From Tubiluchus corallicola (lineage: Eukaryota > Animalia > Priapulida), in assembly GCA_030141605.1 (NCBI GenBank), contig JAQGDQ010002366.1:876660-940659 (forward strand): a DNA stretch of 64,000 nucleotides, given 5' to 3'. Below are positions 26,243 to 37,700 of this stretch, piece by piece. The notes beneath the pieces were generated by a model. The model was not told the origin of the DNA and did not search any database. It saw nothing but the letters and a program-made list of their open reading frames with translations. The position numbers were made by a program, and so were the translations under genes. Position 1 is the stretch's first letter, and each line of letters begins with the position of its first letter.

Positions 26243-29200
26243 CTAACAGATTGCCAATAATCAAGGGTTTATCCATAGTATGTATCAGCGAATAAGAGCT
26301 TAGCTCACTAATTATCTAAAGTCAAATAAGCATGTGGTTAAAATTAGTCTAGACATTTTAAAGTAAAGGTTAAATGCAATTTGTATCGTAATGGCTTCTG
26401 GTACTTGTTTTCCTAGCTCCGTGATGACATTCTCATTTCAACACCTCTTTTCATTAAGACTCGCGCTCGCTACATAATGCAAAGTTAAACTGAGCTTTTT
26501 CTTCTTTAAAGCTGATATTAGACAAACTGATTTATTTTCAAGCTGTCTGTTGAAAACCATTCCTTGCTTGTTGGCCTGCACGTTGTGTGCCATGTGTGCT
26601 GAACATGGGGAATCTTCTAGGGAAGTTACCCATTACATTTTGATTTATAAAGTTTGTGTTTGTTTCCGAGGAATTCTAATCTACGCGTTGTTTATCGATT
26701 AGTAGTAGTAGTCAAAATGTTTATATGCCGTAAAAGAATTGCGTGAAAATACAATTCTTAGTGTAGTTGTTTTAAACACAAATTACTACTGAAGACAAAT
26801 GCTTCCAATTCAAATTAATTAACAATAATAAAAACGTGTGTATCTAAAAACCGCATATACACGGGGGCCTGTAAAGTTTCAAACTACAGTGTATACCTGT
26901 TTAGACGGAGCGAAGCTTTACTAAAAACTTCACTGTGTTAAATTATTGTGTATTTACAGTACGTTAAATTTCTAAATTGTCTATGTAATTTATGTAAGTT
27001 AATACAAAAAAATTATACTGTACATAAGTATTTACACACTGCTTTGCCAAAATCAACTCTTACATCCTTCCACTCACGTAATAAATATCCTGTCATAGAA
27101 CAAGAATGACGATGGCGGTGACGGTGGACGACAATGCTGGATGGCGTTAAAAGCAGCGTTGCTGACGACGGCATTTAAGGCGCCAATAGTGGTCACTACT
27201 GTATTAATGATCATGATGACTACAACGACAGTAACGATGATGTCGTGAAGGAAGCAATGATGATAGACACTTAAAATTAGTGAAATAAGTCGATCTTGAC
27301 CTTAGGGGTTTGAATATGACAATTTGGAACAGTGCAGTTATTGTGGTACACCTTTGCACATGTCGTGGTACAAGCAATAACATCAGGACATTGCATGCAT
27401 GGAATTCTTCGAATTTGGAACCTCATTTTTAGTTAGCTCATGCTTCTACATCTTGCGTCATTTAGCTATAGTTGGTCTGGATTGAATATGACTGGTTTCT
27501 CCTAACGTTTTGTTGACAAAAATAATGTGCACCGGGGGAATGGCCGCATGCTTGGGTAATTAAGCGGTGTCTTTCAGCGGGCAGGCTGTTTGTAAATCAG
27601 TGGCTTCTTTTACTAGCCGTTCTTTGTTCTCTATTGGCAGCCATTAGTGGCTTCAGTACATATGTGTTTTAAGCTTCAAGTTAATTAAAACGATAATTAG
27701 TAATAAAGAATACAGGATTAAATTAACTGGCTAAGACTAAGCTGTCAGTAGCAGGGTTTCTCAGTTGTATTGATTGCGGGCACGTTGGCCTTGACATGCA
27801 AAAAACATCACGTTTCTGCTGAAATGTTTCTTGGCCTTGTGATGTAAAAAACATCATGCTGAAATGTTTCTCAACCGCGCGCTTAATTTATAACAGAGTG
27901 CGAGGAAGTATGTTTACTTTTGAAAATATGGGGCTCAGTTGGAAAATTGTTGAAAACATTGTGCATAAATTGCACTTGTGTAACAAAATAACAAACTATA
28001 AAAATATAATAGTGTTCTTCTGAGAACTAAATTGCCTGACTTGCCAAAATAGCAAACAGTATTTAAATGACAAATTGTTAAAGGCATGATAATTTCTAGT
28101 TTTTTTTTCTACTTTTTGCTACGGCATTCGTAGTGAAGTGTGACACGTATAACACGTCACTAAACTCAAGTGGTCTAATTGTTAGTACTAAGTTAGTATT
28201 TCGAAGATTTGCACGGTGCTGGATAGTTTCCAAATTTACGATCTGCGTAGTTTCTGGCTATTATTTGTGGATTTTTAGGTTACATTGCCTTGAATTTTGC
28301 TATTTAAGCAACGTGGTTAAACCTCCATTAAGAGTTCTAAAGCTCTTTGCTACAGATCAGTAAGTAAGAATACTCTCAATAGATAATATATGCCGCCTTA
28401 TACTAACGCTAACGTACGCTGCATTTAGGATGACGCCACTAGTAACAGAGCATTACTCATGCTCTGAACATATTAAGTTATACTGACAGTTGGCTAAAAA
28501 CACGAAATTATACTTGAGCTTAAACCTGGCAGTAGCTTACGTAAATTTAATGAAGGTGGACCACTATTAATATTCCTTTTGTACATGGTGAATGTTATGC
28601 TCAATGGTAAGGCGTGAGCGAGAGAGAGAGAGAGAGCGAGAGAGAGAAAGAGAGAGGAGGGTGGAGGTCTATAGGTTAGGAAGGAGAGACGCCGTACCTG
28701 TTAAGATGTGTTACATTTAGCATACCAACTTTTTCTACAAGTATATGTTTGTAATTTAACGGTTTTTTCTTTGTTTGTTGATGTGATTTCTCTAAACGAC
28801 CTTGGTTGTTACTGGACCGTGACGCATATGTGTGTGTCATCATTTCACGATGAAAGGGAAGCCACAAGAACGCGTATATATTATACAGAATCCTGGCTTC
28901 TGGCATGTTGTAAAATCTTGGTTTTTAGCTTCTACGTTATACACACGCGCTGCTTAACATTCTTGCTAAATTCTTGCGCACTTATTTGACACCGTGTTTC
29001 GTCGGGCGTTCATCTGCACACATTTGTTTTTATTATTACGTCTATGAATATGACAAATCACCCGGAAATGAAATAAGATATAGCGCACAGCTGTTCATTT
29101 CTTTCTGAAGCCAGTTAGCTTGGGTCTCTCGTGGCCTCCATTTATACATGTGTGGACTGAGCAGCTAATTTTTTTATGAAACCAATGTGACAACGTCATA

Positions 29201-32147
29201 ATCGTCGTCATTGGCTGATGAATATATATTTCGCATTTTTTGTTACGTCACTTATCTGTTGAAGTCTGTTTTTTCTGAACGCTTGATTTTTTAATACCAG
29301 TCATGTTTCCTGTTAAAGCTAGTGGTGAGGTCGCAGAGCATCTAAATATGTGATCAGCTGTCCACCTGTTGGTTTCTTCCCAGATATTAGTGCTTGATGT
29401 AATGCTGTAATAAGTGGAGAATCCTGTGGTAATCTAATGACATGTCAATCCATCTAAGCCGCTCTACTGTATGACCTCAATCCATTCCTTCGTCTTTGTT
29501 AAATCATATAGATCCTTGATTTGAAATTTGATGTTAAATATAACATGGCCAAAGAAAATTTCAAATCATGGAATTCATTGTTTCATAAATAGCTTATCGG
29601 AGTAACTTTGTTGTGACGTCACAGTATTAAGAACTGATAAAAATTTATTACAGAAACAACAGCAACAAGAATGAGAATGATAACAACGTTAAGCTGAAAA
29701 CGGGTTTCTTTATAAAGTTGCTAAGCCAGCGAGTAACCCCAAAAATGCTGTTTTATCGTCCACCTAGAACTCTCTTTTTATTTAGTAAAGGAAAAATGAG
29801 CTCATTTTTACAGCTATGTTACTGCTAGGCAGCTAGTGTCTACCGCTGCCCGTTGGTCTATTACCTTGCTCAAGCGGTTTTATAAACCAAGCATTACCAA
29901 GTACTCATAATGCTAATGAGCTTTCGTCTTAGTACATGATGGTCCTTAGTTCTCTAATGTAGCACTAATATACATTCAGATCCTCTATAATTTAGGCAAG
30001 AGAAAGCTTTCAGAAATTCAGACGCCGAAATCCCAATGCTGACGAAATTGTGCCAATAATACACTGGCAATAACCAGCGTATATTTAACTTATTAGTCCT
30101 AACCATTACGCTACCTGATTATTTTGTTAGAAAATACGATGCTCATGCTGTTGGATGAATCACTACGCAGCGTAAATTGCTCCAAGGCAGTTTTTTTGTC
30201 GAATTCGAGATTTTCGACGGAATTTTTTTCCAGTCAAATTTTCATCAGCGAAAATCTTGCTAATACGCCTGCAGGCGATTCTGCGTAATTTACTGCGTAT
30301 TGTCTGTTTTAGTTAATTTAGTTATTGCTTATTTATTGCCACTAGATTGTACCTGATTGTACAAGTTTGAGCTTATAATCGTAATGTACTGCATTATCAA
30401 CTCGAAAGGCGGTTTTCTTTTTTTTATTAGCTCCTTAGGTATTGTGAAAAATTTTACTAAAGAGAGTTTTCTTACAAATCAGTCGGAAATGAAAAGTATG
30501 CAGTGATTTTGAACACGTGTAGTGCACCAAATAGATTTGTTGAAAGGAATGAAAAGTTGAGTGGTCAGTGCCTATCGAGTCGTTTACGGAACTAATACAC
30601 GAGACTTAATTATCACTATATACAGGCAACAAAAAATATTAAAAAATTTTCAATCAAATATAATGGTCCTTGCGTATAGACTTCTCCACAAAAGTTCAGC
30701 GGATGTGTTAAAACATCATTTTTTGTACCGTACTTCAGTTTACATCGTAATTATGAAATGCTATTAACACTCACTATAACTCTTTCTAACTATCAGTAAC
30801 ATGTTGTAAAATTTTTTTTTAAATAGTAATTCTAGTGGCCTAATGTAGGCTTGCTTCCTAGGTCTCTAGCGCTAAATTTAATAACGTATCTTAATTTTGT
30901 TGTAAAAACTACAATTTGATTTTATGTATTTACTTGTGATGTAAAAGTATCTGTTTATCTTACGGAATAAATCAGTTCAATTGAAAATTTAAAAATCATT
31001 CAGTTTAATAGTAGGTAGCACCATGTGCTTTAAGGATATTAGTCAATATAAAAACCAGGAGAGCTTGCAAAGAAAAATGGCTGGCAGGTTGTTAATTTCG
31101 ACTAAGAACAATGATTGTTAGTTTTTCTCAATCAAATTAAAATACGAAAAAAGGCATCTCTTATTCGCATAATTGCTATTCCCAGTCAAATTCACAGTCC
31201 TGCTTTGAAACTACCACAATGGTTGCCTGTTTCGTTTTTCAAATTACACTACTTTGTATGCCGTACAACCATTATTCCTCAGTGTACAGTGCGCATGCGT
31301 ACTAGTATCAAGCACTTTTACCTAATCTCGCACATAATCCATGGAGAACTCTTGTTTGGCTAAATAAATGAAACCCGTAAATTTGAAAGTTTAAAATTTT
31401 GCTGTAGCTACACGTCTGGTGAATTTGCCGTAAAATCACTAAAATGATTAACGACTCTACTCGGCCACTCACTTAATGTCGTTTAGCGACTCGGGCGGTG
31501 AAAATGGATACGCTTTTACTGGGATATAATTTTGATGAATCGGTTTACACTTTTGTAAGAATTTATTATACTCTAGCGGTTAAATATTGCTGTATAGTGC
31601 AAAAGGAATTTATTAATCTAAAGTTCTCCTGTAACACTGTTGAAAGTTAATAATGGATTAATATTCAAATGTTTTCTCGTTTATTAAAATATATACACAT
31701 ATTTTATGCTTACGTCATGTTCATTTCTTATCTAACGAACGAACTGAATTAGTTCACGATGTTACAAGTTACAGCGGAGATTCACAAATTATTCGCTGAT
31801 CTGCAGGTTTGCAATACATAAACAAGCCCAAAGAGTCATAGAATGCGTATCTGTAATAATGCCATTAAAGGACTTTTTAATCTTCCTAGTTGCTGCAGTG
31901 CAAGCCAAATGCATGTTAGCTATAATGTATCTCGTTTTTCCTGATCTGTGTTTAATCTCAGAAGTAGACTTTTTTGAGTCAGAATATAATTTTAGATCGA
32001 ACATTTTTAAGTCGTGGCAAAGAATTTTATATGCCCATTCTAACTAACTCTTTCTTATACATATAAGATTACCATATTTCTATGTACTAACTTTGTGCGT
32101 TTTTTACTTGTGCTTTATTTTATTCTTGAATTTTTTTGGACTTTAAA

Positions 32148-32160
32148 AATAATAATAATA

Positions 32161-32233
<73 letters not shown>

Positions 32234-33230
32234 TAATAATAATACTAGTAATAATAATAGTCCGACAAGGAGATATAATTGTACGACGTATTTACAACTT
32301 GTTGTCGTTGTATTTCCTGCCTATACGTCTTGATAGAGTGGTACGTCGTACTTTTGTTGACTCCAAGAACTCCTATCCGCTACTGCTGGCTGCAACGGCA
32401 CCGTCCTTCAAATCTAATCATATTTGAAAAATCCTTTTGCATTTTATCTATATACGTCAGTAGCTGTCCTTTTCTCGGTTTTTTAGACATTCTTGGCACG
32501 GATTCTATCCAGTGCAGTCTTTTGACTTGGGTTAGCTTGCTCTTTCTTAACCACATCATATAGATCATCATTGGATATTCTGTAAGGGAATTTGATACCT
32601 AATAGCTTCCTGCTTCCTATAGAGATGTCTTTGAAAAGCTTCTACTTCAATTTTCTTTTGTTGTTTAGTTTTTCTTGTCTATAATTCAACTTTACAGTCT
32701 AGAAAAATCAGTCTGGTTCAACTAAAGTTGTTAAGATCCGCACTTTCATTTCAATGGAGAGTCTATTGTTTTCGAAAACCTTTGTGACATCTGAATAAGC
32801 AGACACTGTCACTATTTTCCTGCGTTGGTGTCTAACAAGTTACAAAGATATCTACATTTTTTCCAGCGAATTGTCACCGCAACGCTGAATGTCACAGAAT
32901 GTGATAATATTACTTCTTCCCATTATTAACGTTGAGATTATATTTTTCTAAGCGCCTGCCAATCGTGTGTATAACATTCTAGCTCTTCTTTATTTGTTGT
33001 AATATATGGATTATATATTCGGGATTAAAGATGAAAGTTTTCCAATTGTAATTATGTTGAATTAGTAAAACTGGTCTGACGGGTGCTAGATTAAGATTTG
33101 TGTTGGTACGATCCTTCGTTTCTTTTCAAAGTGTGTAGTCACTATTCGTAATAGCCATAGTACAGAGCTCAAACAATCGCCTCATGGAACGCCGATGTTG
33201 GAAGCAAATGCTGTGCCCATCTTTCATTCG
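32148..33230 (-). mobile_element. Decayed, 5'-truncated RTE/RTEX-type LINE (RT C-terminal half) with (ATT)n tail
   Basis: Minus-strand translation gives ordered RT remnants with stops and frameshifts: NIGVP*GDCLSSVL, LEKYNLNVNNGK, WKKCRYL, LSIEMKVRILTTLVEP, EAFQRHL..LLGIKFPYRISNDDLY, RLHW. Ends in the long (AAT)n at 32148-32259. Confidence 0.8.
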
Positions 33231-33345
33231 TTTCGCATCTTACACATCTGGAAAGGTACCAGAAATAGATACTTCAGCTGTAAATAAACTGATATAATTT
33301 ATGGAAATGTCTGATTGTTGATGAATGATTATGATTGAATTAAGA

Positions 33346-34090
33346 ATCCAGGCAACGGTCAAGCTCAACCCACTCCAGAGAGCCTTCCAACCAAGAGACG
33401 GCTGTTCCGAAAACCTGACTCTCCTAAACACCGTGATTCGGCATGCCCGAGCAAGTCATAGGGAATTAAACATCGCATTCCTCGACTTAGCAAAGGCGTT
33501 CGACACGGTTCCTCACACCTCGATCGTGAGGGCAATGAGAAGGTTCGGCCTTCCAGAGCAGGTTCAGCAAATCATTGGGGATATGTATACGGGTGCTGCT
33601 ACACGGATATCGATACCGGAAGCAAATACCCGCCGTATTAGCATCACGTCAGGTGTTAAGCAGGGATGCCCGCTATCACCCCTGCTTTTCAACCTGGTAA
33701 TCGACGAACTGATGTCGAAAGTCGGTTCTAGATTTGGCTATGGGATCGACGAGCACCAAGTGGCTATAGTTGGTTTTGCCGACGACCTAGTCCTAATGTC
33801 AGGCTCAAAACATGGCATGGGAGTTTTGTTGGAGACAGCCAATGGCTTCTTCACGAAACGAGGCATGGCTTTAAACGCCAACAAATGCAAAGCCATGAGA
33901 CTAGTCAAGGCATACCGGCGAAAGGCTATGAAAGTGCTAATAGAACCCACATGGGAGATCAGCCAGACTCCTATTCCAATGCTGGGAGTCAGTGACGCAT
34001 ACAAATACCTGGGAATTCCTATGACTGCTAAGGGACGACCCACCATGGACACCAAGTCCCTTAAAGCATGGCTTATAAGAGTGGAAGGGG
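33346..34090 (+). CDS. R2-like reverse transcriptase domain (truncated at the N-terminus)
   Basis: QRAF..DGC.EN, FLDLAKAFDTV, GVKQGCPLSPLLFN, GFADDL, MALNANKC and YKYLG motifs in ORF 33325..34122. The ORF's first codons derive from flanking DNA. Confidence 0.92.
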
Positions 34091-35216
34091 ACCACTCAAA
34101 CCTCAACAAAAGGTGGATATGATCAGACAATATGTGATTCCGCGTCTGACATACCACTTCCGTATATGTGAGGTTCATATGAATGGCCTCAAGGGAGCAG
34201 ACAGGCTTATAAGATCAAGCCTAAAACGTATACTTCATATGGCGACGGATGTCCCGAATGCATTCTTCTACATGCCAATGAAGAAGGGAGGGCTGGGATT
34301 TTCTTGTCTTGAAAAGGATGTTCCTTTGATGAAAGTCAAGATGCTCAGCCGATTGCAGGCCTCACCAGATCCGCTGGTGAACATGAGTGCATCTGCTCCA
34401 GTGTGGAATAGGGAGCTTGCGTGGGCTAAGAGGGTGGCGAGCCTCGAAGCCTACAGTAACGCAAAAGACATAAATCGTGCAAAAAGGGATAACGATCGCA
34501 AACATCTATCGGCATTCAATGGTAAAGTGCATGGGAAGGGTTTTGCAGCCGTGTCTGCTGACCCACTGAGTACCCATTACCTACGTAGCAGCACACTCCT
34601 GAGCGGGGGTGATTATATCTTGCTTCTCAAGATGATCACCAACTCTCTACCAGTTAGAATTAACATCACGAGAGGACAACCCAATGCAATCAGGAGATGT
34701 CGCAGGTGCGGGAGACATGCAGAGAGTCAGGTTCACGTACTTCAACAGTGCATAACAGTAAACAATGCCATATCACGAAGGCACAATGCACTGTGCGAGG
34801 TGCTCGCCGAAGCCTTGAAGGGGCAGGGCTTTACGGTCGTCAGGGAACCTTGGTTCGAGATCAACAGAACAAGGTACCACCCAGACATCCTGGCGACCAA
34901 AGGTGGTCATACGTACGTTATCGATCCGACCATCTCGGCAGCAGGAAACATCTACTCGCTTAGGGCCAGGTGCAGGGACAAGGCCCTGAAGTACGAACCG
35001 ATCCTCGATGCCGTCAAACAGCGGTGCGGCTCTGCCACTGCCTCGTCGCACGGCATCTGTGTGGGCTTTCGTGGGGAATGGGCAGGAGGAGAGAACGACG
35101 TTCTCCTGAAGACACTTTGTCTTCTGAACGTCAGAGCCAAACTAGTCCGCTCGGCGATTAGAGGCTCATGTATGGTGTTTAGAAAGTTCCTGGGAAGGCA
35201 AAGGAGGGAGACCTAG
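34088..35216 (+). CDS. R2-like thumb, CCHC zinc knuckle and PD-(D/E)xK restriction-like endonuclease
   Basis: PLKPQQK, GGLG, CRRC-x8-H-x4-C, RHN, HPDI...D...K..KY in ORF 34068..35216. Continues the RT frame after a 1-nt frameshift near 34087. Confidence 0.92.
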
Positions 35217-37087
35217 GTCATCTCCTGCGCAGGATGTCACTCGAGTTCTTACATCCAAACGTGTGAAAGGTTTATACCTAGGGGAAATCCGACTACTCTA
35301 TGAGTAGCCGGTGGATACCGTACCTTTACGGTATCGAAAAGGCGAGTTTTGTTGGGTCTGGAGAAATCCAGTTCCCACGGAATTGACGGATGCCGTATCT
35401 TTATGGAAGAATTTGGAATTTGGCAAGTTTGACTCGAGTCAAAGGGCAACACACAGATGAACAGATCCGACGCCTGTGAAATCTGACAAAATAAAAAAAA
35501 AATAAAATAAAATAAAATAAGACCTGTCATGATCACAAGGGACTGAGTGGTCTTTGTGTTGATCTTATATTCAAAGGGTTCTCTAGTTCAAATCTAAACT
35601 CATTCCAACTCATTTTCACATTTCCTTCTTTTGAGCAGCTTTTATTTTAAAAACTTAATAATTTTATTTTATACCATCATTGGCTACTAATAAAGTTGAT
35701 GTCATATAACAGCAATTTACCAAACCTTGTGGCTAATTTAGTATTTATGCTTTATTATTCATATTTCATCTATATAAATTGCTTTACTTTACTACCAGTA
35801 ATAGCGTAAAAACTCAGCATTAATATCTTCTCTGTAGCAAATGTGCGGCATAGGATCATTAAACTGCCTATACGGCAATGAAAATCATTTTGAATAAAAC
35901 AACAGTAATAACTTTCAATTATTTTATATGGCAGTGAATCATGCCTGTGCCATTATTATAAAACCCAATTATAATGACGAAAATTGCGATTAACTTGATG
36001 AGAATTTTCAAGCTGTCTCTTGAAGCCTCATTCGTAAATCAGGTCATTACAAATTTATCAATAAGTATTAAAGGAGCGCCATCTATTAAGGTCATGCGTA
36101 ATTTCATAAAACATCACAGGGCCGACAGCAATCAATATCATTCGTGATTTGAATGATTATGTGACAGTTTGCAAACTTAGGTTTTATCCCTGAAACGTTT
36201 AAATACCAGACACTTTTACCACTTTACAAATGCGCAATTAGTTGTATTAAAAGTTCGCGGAACTCTGTTTTAGTCTATGTTGGATAGTTGGACGCATGTA
36301 TACCGATGGAAGAACATCTTGACAGACTGACAAATAGACGGGTGGACAGGCAGACTAGCAGATAATAAGTAGATAGTCAATCAGACAAACAGCTCTATAG
36401 TAAATGACGAAAAAGAGAAAGTAGTAGGTCATGATGTCGCCAGGCTCTACTGTGGCCCTGGATGTCGGTCAAGGTATCCAAAGGTGATATTTGAAATTAT
36501 ATAAATAGTATACAGTGAATGGGATTGCACTTATTTTATTGGGTAATTACAGCATTTCACCAAGCCACACTATTTGGGTTCAGTGTCGTCTATTTCAGAA
36601 TCTAAAATCTGTGATGCATCGTGCGTTTTTTTCTGTATCCCAGATGAATATTATTAGCAAAAGGGAGTGAAGTTCTGAAAGCTCCAGATCGTGATCGAGC
36701 TTAGAGGTCGCCCAATAATATAAGTTGGTAGATTGGGAGTGGGAAACTCTTGCAATGAGTCTATACGCATTTTCTCATGAGATAGCTTCAAAATCTCACG
36801 AAATATCTGCATAGTTCAAAAAGTTTCAAGCCTTTACTATTCTGTTCTACCAGCCAACTTTAACTATTAAATATTATTTTTGTTCTTCTTAACTTGGTGA
36901 CTTGATGAGGAATCTTGCATTATGTTTCTGTATATGCGTATTTTTTCAGTTAACACTGCTTACAATTCCATTTTCATAATTTCGTTAAGCCTGGTTCACA
37001 CTCGTCGGAACGAGCAGCAGATGATGTGCAACGTCGACTTTGCAAAACCACAGTTACGAAAAATAACAATTTCGTTTTTTCCCACAG

Positions 37088-37185
37088 GTGATGCAGCCAT
37101 CGCAGAAGAGTATGAAAGGATAAAACTTCACCCATACAAATCCTACAGGGATGTAGAGATGATTCACTACAGCGTCCCACCTCAG
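37088..37185 (+). CDS. TMEM8: TMEM8/PGAP6-family protein, first recognised coding exon (DAAIAEEYERIKLHPYKSYRDVEMIHYSVPPQ)
   Basis: ttttttcccacag| acceptor, cag|gtaagt donor, phase 1 to 0. Resembles the TMEM8 N-terminal SY...F.VP motif. Confidence 0.8.
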
Positions 37186-37586
37186 GTAAGTATTTAAATT
37201 CTTTACTATGTTCTAAAATGTTTCGTGAATTCAGCACATTCGAGGTGTAATGTGAATAAAGTTCCCCGCTAAACTATATCATGTTTTCAGCAAGAAATGT
37301 ATATTCAAGCCTATATAAATCTATCGTGAATTCGTAGCTTATGAAAAATGGAAACAATGCTGAGGGTAAAACCATGTAGATTTCACTGCATCACAACTGA
37401 CTGCTTCGTCTGTCTCCTTTCACTCTATGAGAAAATGCCCATAGGAAGAATGCCTGCATTTTGTTGTTTTCGAGCCCATTGACAAGTTAGAAAATAGCTG
37501 TCATCTCTCTTCAGCTAATATTAAAACTGTATTCCCTAACCACAGTTGTGGCGTAACGCGCTTCTCTTTTTTCTATTTATCCCCTA

Positions 37587-37587
37587 C

Positions 37588-37683
<96 letters not shown>

Positions 37684-37700
37684 CTCTCTTTCTCTCTCTC
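37587..37700. repeat. (CT)n microsatellite
   Basis: Direct reading. Confidence 0.95.

Larger units (their letters stand above)
33346..35520 (+). mobile_element. R2-like non-LTR retrotransposon (restriction-like endonuclease type), 5'-truncated, with 3'UTR and A-rich tail
   Basis: Sharp GC rise against the flanks, RT and RLE motifs, ~270-nt 3'UTR, tail aaaataaaaaaaaaataaaataaaataaaataa, and taaga at both junctions (33341-45, 35518-22). Confidence 0.92.

Noticed and set aside
32095-32427. Poly-Ile / poly-Asn ORFs (also poly-His at 12009 and 41771, poly-SL at 37546)
   Set aside because: By-products of (AAT)n, (CAT)n and (CT)n microsatellites.
33738-35161. Antisense and alternate-frame ORFs overlapping the retrotransposon
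   Set aside because: Expected shadows of a GC-richer coding sequence; no recognisable motifs.
36431-36473. Possible TMEM8 first exon (MMSPGSTVALDVGQ, aag|gtatcc, phase 1)
   Set aside because: The phase fits, but the donor is weak and the peptide is not a signal peptide; unsupported without transcripts.
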